This document shows, one piece after another, positions 9,196 to 12,415 of a stretch of DNA of 12,415 nucleotides. The DNA comes from a virus (lineage: Duplodnaviria > Heunggongvirae > Uroviricota > Caudoviricetes), in the IMG/VR virus record IMGVR_UViG_2541047931_000014, positions 1 to 12,415 of that record; one strand, written 5' to 3'. Each line of letters starts with the position of its first letter. The stretch's first letter is position 1. A program made the translations under genes and the position numbers. Under the pieces are notes generated by a model. That model was given only the letters and a program-made list of their open reading frames with translations. It was not told the DNA's origin and ran no database searches.

Positions 9196-9533
9196 AAAAG
9201 TTAAATACACCAACCAAAAGAGTTGGGGGGCTTCTGATTGTCATTGGAATTATATTTATACTTGCATCTATAATAGAAATATCAAGTAATGAGTTTGCTA
9301 TTTCTGATAGTCCATATTATCGATCGCTAAATGCATATGATATTATTTTTATGTATTTAGAGCGAATTACAGATACTTTCATCATGACTCTAACATTTCA
9401 AACATGGAGTAGCCGTTTCAGTATATTAATGTTAGTAGGGTTTTGTTTATTTATTGTTGGTGTTCTTATTTCATATTTTTACGATGCTGGAATTGGCAGG
9501 GTTGTTAAGTGGATAAGAACGGGTAATTGGTGA
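9192..9533 (+). CDS. Small integral membrane protein (113 aa, two predicted transmembrane helices), very low GC; candidate exclusion/immunity-type cargo
   Basis: ATG at 9192 overlaps the upstream stop (ATGA, 9192-9195). Hydrophobic stretches LLIVIGIIFILASII and FSILMLVGFCLFIVGVLISYF. GC is visibly much lower than in the upstream genes. Confidence 0.7.
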   Translation: MKKLNTPTKRVGGLLIVIGIIFILASIIEISSNEFAISDSPYYRSLNAYDIIFMYLERITDTFIMTLTFQTWSSRFSILMLVGFCLFIVGVLISYFYDAGIGRVVKWIRTGNW

Positions 9534-9864
9534 TTATAAGCAAGCTATTGGTTTCATTGTTTATATCGTTGTCGGAACTTTTTCAACTGACAGCAATCAT
9601 AGCCGGGCTTGAATCGTGGTGGGGATTGCACTGGATAATTGCAGCCCCATTGCTTTCATCGTGAGCTATATTCCATTTGTTGGAGCGATTGTTGGTATGG
9701 TTGGCGCTATGGATGTATGGTGTTGGGAGTGGTGGCAGGCTGGCCTTCTATTCTTTGGCGGATCATCTTTGCTATTGTCAGCGGTGGAATGTCATCATTT
9801 TTCGAATGGCTATCATTCAGAAAAAGAGCGTGACATGTCACAGGCCGCTTTCGCGGCCTTGTTT

Positions 9865-10026
9865 TTAACGAATGCCACCACCGCCCGGGCGGGAATCCGC
9901 AGAACGCCCACCGCAGCGGGAGCCGTCAGCGGCAGTATCGCTGTCGTGCTGACAACGACCGGCAAAGGCCTGAGTTGAAGCTACCAGAGACAACAAAACG
10001 AACAGTGCAGCAAATGCTTTTTTCAT
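9865..10026 (-). CDS. Candidate small secreted peptide (53 aa) with an N-terminal Sec-type signal peptide
   Basis: Minus-strand ATG at 10026-10024 encodes MKKAFAALFVLLSLVASTQAFA|GRCQHDSDTAADGSRCGGRSADSRPGGGGIR, with an AxA-type cleavage site. Candidate promoter TTGACG-N16-TATAGA lies just upstream on the minus strand (about 10040-10070). It is antisense to overlapping plus-strand ORFs, so assignment is uncertain. Confidence 0.35.
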   Translation of the reverse strand: MKKAFAALFVLLSLVASTQAFAGRCQHDSDTAADGSRCGGRSADSRPGGGGIR

Positions 10027-10096
10027 TGTGAAATTTCCATCTATAAGCCACCTCGATGTGGCGTCAATGAATGTAGCACTGACTTTTGTTTCGTCC

Positions 10097-10119
10097 ACAA
10101 AAAAGCCCGCGCTGCGGGC
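10097..10119 (-). terminator. Rho-independent terminator acting on the minus strand
   Basis: GC-rich hairpin GCCCGC-GCT-GCGGGC (10105-10119) preceded on the plus strand by an A-run (10097-10104), so the minus strand reads hairpin then TTTTTTGT. Confidence 0.5.
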
Positions 10120-10728
10120 TTACCAAAACTTGTACCACGGGGATTTATCCTTCAATGGACAATCCTTCCATCGTGTGGCCAGCCATTCATATTCTTTGTC
10201 TTTTCTTCAGTACCGGCTTTGCATCTTCTACACCCTGAAAGATGTCGTTTTATGGTGTATCTGATGATTTATTCCCTAACAATAGATATTCGAAAAATTA
10301 ATCAGTTAAAACAATTATTTGGATAATTTCAGGTAAAAACTATCTTAATCTTCTGGTGGATCTCAATGCGCCGTGACGGTATCGGGATTAAGGGCGTGGA
10401 TATTCGCGATATATGCCGCTACACCCCTCAACAGTAATAGATATGCGCTTTTCACTCTCTCCTTTCACTGCTGAGAACGGCAACAACGTGCCACAGGAAC
10501 GCGCTGTAATCGATTCTGACGCACTTAATTGCGTTGGGTAATGGTTTGCCAGCCTGTGGGGGTAACTCTGTTTTATGAGGCTTTGGCTATAGTGCAAAAA
10601 TGCACTTTGTCTTGCCTCTCAATTTGATGAGACTGGAACGACAACAGGACAGACCACCAGCAACAGTTACCGTATTCAGCCGTTCTGTGGCACCAGTGGA
10701 ACTATCCACCCCTGCTTTCAGCAATGTG

Positions 10729-10782
10729 TTTGCGGGTTATTTTGGGGCGTTTGCGGGTTATTTGGGATGTTTTGCGGGTTAT
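10729..10782. repeat. Iteron-like array: three perfect 12-bp direct repeats TTTGCGGGTTAT at 21-bp phasing
   Basis: Copies at 10729-10740, 10750-10761 and 10771-10782, separated by 9-bp spacers. Confidence 0.85.
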
Positions 10783-10857
10783 GCGATGCTTGAATAATGA
10801 ACAGTGCATTTTGCAACATATTGATACTAAAGAACAAAAAATAGTTAGCACGCTAAG

Positions 10858-10884
10858 ATAACCCGGTAACCCGCATAACCCGCA
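10858..10884. repeat. Three tandem inverted copies of the iteron core
   Basis: ATAACCCGG (10858-10866), TAACCCGCA (10867-10875) and ATAACCCGCA (10875-10884) are reverse complements of TGCGGGTTAT. They are separated from the direct array by a 75-bp AT-rich spacer. Confidence 0.75.
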
Positions 10885-11406
10885 CTGTTTTGTATATATA
10901 TACGAAAAATTGCATTCAGGAGGGGGGATCGAAATCCCTACAACCCATTGCTTATGGGACCGCCGCCTCGTCAAATTTTTACACCCGCGAAATAAAAAAT
11001 ACTTCACGCTGGTGGGCATGATGCTGATATGAGAGGCTTCCATAACGCCACCATTCGAAACTATGCAAATCTGCATAGAAAAGGGGATGCCTGATACAAT
11101 ACCCTCGCCCGATAAAATCACACCGATAAACTCATCTGCCACGAGTAGAAAGAGCGAACGAACCCGATACGCAGTAATGCTGGTCGGGTCCAGCTTTTTA
11201 AGGCGGCTGTAGATATCAGGCCATCCGTGATCATCCACCAGCGTAATTGCTGAACGCTTTAAAAAAACGTGTACATAAGGGTGTACATAATCAAAAACCG
11301 CATTAGAAAGAAACCAGCTACAATGCGGCATTGAAGCCAACACTCTACAAACAGATTCAACATCGAATAACTCGTAACGCCAATTCTTACTTTTCCGCCT
11401 TCACAA

Positions 11407-11438
11407 ATGCCGCCACTCAAACAGAGCGGCATTTTTCT
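11407..11438 (+). terminator. Rho-independent terminator with no plus-strand ORF feeding into it (orphan)
   Basis: ATGCCGC - 11-nt loop - GCGGCAT (11407-11431) followed by TTTTTCTT. All three plus-strand frames are closed immediately upstream. Confidence 0.5.
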
Positions 11439-11530
11439 TCCCCGCAACATTCAATTCTGTTTTGCGTGCCTGCTCCAGATTTTGCGATGTTTTTTTGCCC
11501 AGCACACTGAGAACGTGAGATACTCACAAC

Positions 11531-11546
11531 TGTATATAAATACAGT
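11531..11546 (+). promoter_or_regulatory. LexA operator (SOS box) in the dinD promoter
   Basis: CTGTATATAAATACAG matches the CTGT-N8-ACAG consensus and sits 45 nt upstream of the dinD start, overlapping a TATATAAAT -10-like element. Confidence 0.8.
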
Positions 11547-11590
11547 TACAGATTTACTTTCTTTGCAATTGATATCACATGGAGTGGGCA

Positions 11591-12415
11591 ATGAACGAAC
11601 ATCATCAACCTTTTGAAGAGATAAAACTGATTAATGCAAACGGAGCAGAACAATGGTCAGCAAGACAACTTGGGAAACTACTGGGTTATTCAGAGTATCG
11701 TCACTTTATACCTGTATTAACGCGCGCCAAAGAAGCCTGTGAGAACAGTGGTCACACAATTGATGACCATTTCGAGGAGATCCTCGATATGGTCAAAATT
11801 GGCTCAAATGCCAAAAGAGCATTAAAAGACATCGTACTCTCCCGCTATGCCTGTTACCTGGTAGTACAAAACGGCGCCCCTGCGAAACCGGTCATTGCGG
11901 CAGGGCAGACTTATTTTGCTATCCAGACCCGACGGCAGGAGCTTGCTGACGATGAAGCATTTAAGCAACTTCGTGAAGACGAAAAGCGTCTGTTTCTGAG
12001 AAATGAGTTGAAAGAACATAACAAACAATTGGTTGAGGCAGCACAGCAAGCTGGGGTAGCGACAGCTACTGATTTCGCCATATTTCAGAATCATGGTTAC
12101 CAGGGGCTGTATGGTGGATTAGATCAGAAAGCTATTCATCAGCGGAAGGGGCTGAAAAAGAATCAGAAGATCCTGGATCATATGGGTTCAACAGAACTGG
12201 CGGCTAATCTCTTTCGAGCTACCCAAACAGAAGAAAAACTCAAGCGGGATGGCGTGAATTCAAAACAGCAAGCAAACACCACACACTTTGACGTGGGTCG
12301 CAAGGTGAGGCAAACCATTCAGGAACTTGGCGGAACCATGCCTGAGGAGTTGCCGACCCCGCAGGTCAGCATCAAGCAGTTGGAAAACAGTGTAAAAATT
12401 ACAGAGAAGAAATAG
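11591..12415 (+). CDS. dinD: DNA-damage-inducible protein D (DinD), apparently intact at 274 aa
   Basis: ATG at 11591 with GGAGTGGG just upstream (the track's 11579 start is an upstream in-frame alternative). The sequence MNEHHQPFEEIKLINANGAEQWSARQLGKLLGYSEY... matches E. coli DinD as I recall it, and the LexA box directly upstream supports SOS regulation. Stop TAG at 12413-12415. Confidence 0.8.
   Translation: MNEHHQPFEEIKLINANGAEQWSARQLGKLLGYSEYRHFIPVLTRAKEACENSGHTIDDHFEEILDMVKIGSNAKRALKDIVLSRYACYLVVQNGAPAKPVIAAGQTYFAIQTRRQELADDEAFKQLREDEKRLFLRNELKEHNKQLVEAAQQAGVATATDFAIFQNHGYQGLYGGLDQKAIHQRKGLKKNQKILDHMGSTELAANLFRATQTEEKLKRDGVNSKQQANTTHFDVGRKVRQTIQELGGTMPEELPTPQVSIKQLENSVKITEKK

Noticed and set aside
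9616-9978. Plus-strand track ORFs 9616..9978, 9639..9833 and 9677..9868
   Set aside because: They are three mutually overlapping frames with GTG/TTG starts, and they overlap the minus-strand signal-peptide ORF. None can be chosen confidently from sequence alone, so none is reported as a feature.
10600-10797. Track ORF of 65 aa on the plus strand
   Set aside because: Its C-terminal third (FAGYFGAFAGYLGCFAGYAML) is just the iteron array translated; the frame is kept open by repeats, not by selection.
10729-10884. Possible CRISPR array
   Set aside because: The repeats are only 12 bp with 9-bp spacers and include inverted copies. CRISPR repeats are far longer with longer unique spacers, and there are no cas genes.
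10702-11343. Track ORF of 213 aa on the minus strand
   Set aside because: It runs through the iteron array, the AT-rich spacer and the palindromes; it is Cys-rich and I recognise no motif. The N-terminal approximately 90 codons (about 11050-11343) could be a gene remnant, but I cannot support that.

Overview
This window looks like an accessory (island or prophage-like) region of an enterobacterial chromosome, ending at an apparently intact, LexA-regulated dinD gene. Nothing was searched or computed beyond hand counts; all identities rest on motifs read from the sequence and recalled family knowledge. From left to right: the 3' end of an IS3-family transposase gene (1-177), a ProQ/FinO-family RNA-chaperone gene (285-782) overlapping a 138-aa ORF (763-1179), and an intrinsic terminator (1420-1445). 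Then comes the main module: a small GTG-initiated ORF (1545-1751) followed by four translationally coupled plus-strand genes (1848-9533). These encode three very large proteins (843, 686 and 918 aa) and a low-GC two-helix membrane protein. The large proteins are Ala/Gln/Gly-rich with no Walker-A or helicase motifs, which resembles phage ejection (internal virion) proteins, but no capsid, portal, terminase or tail genes are in the window. The second large protein carries a low-GC internal segment with an HEXXH motif. The last ~2 kb before dinD (9540-11590) is dense in non-coding structure: a minus-strand terminator, a candidate signal-peptide micro-ORF, a phased iteron array with inverted copies, several TGCA palindromes, and an orphan plus-strand terminator. 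The stand-alone ejection-protein-like operon and the iteron locus are the best candidates for something undescribed.
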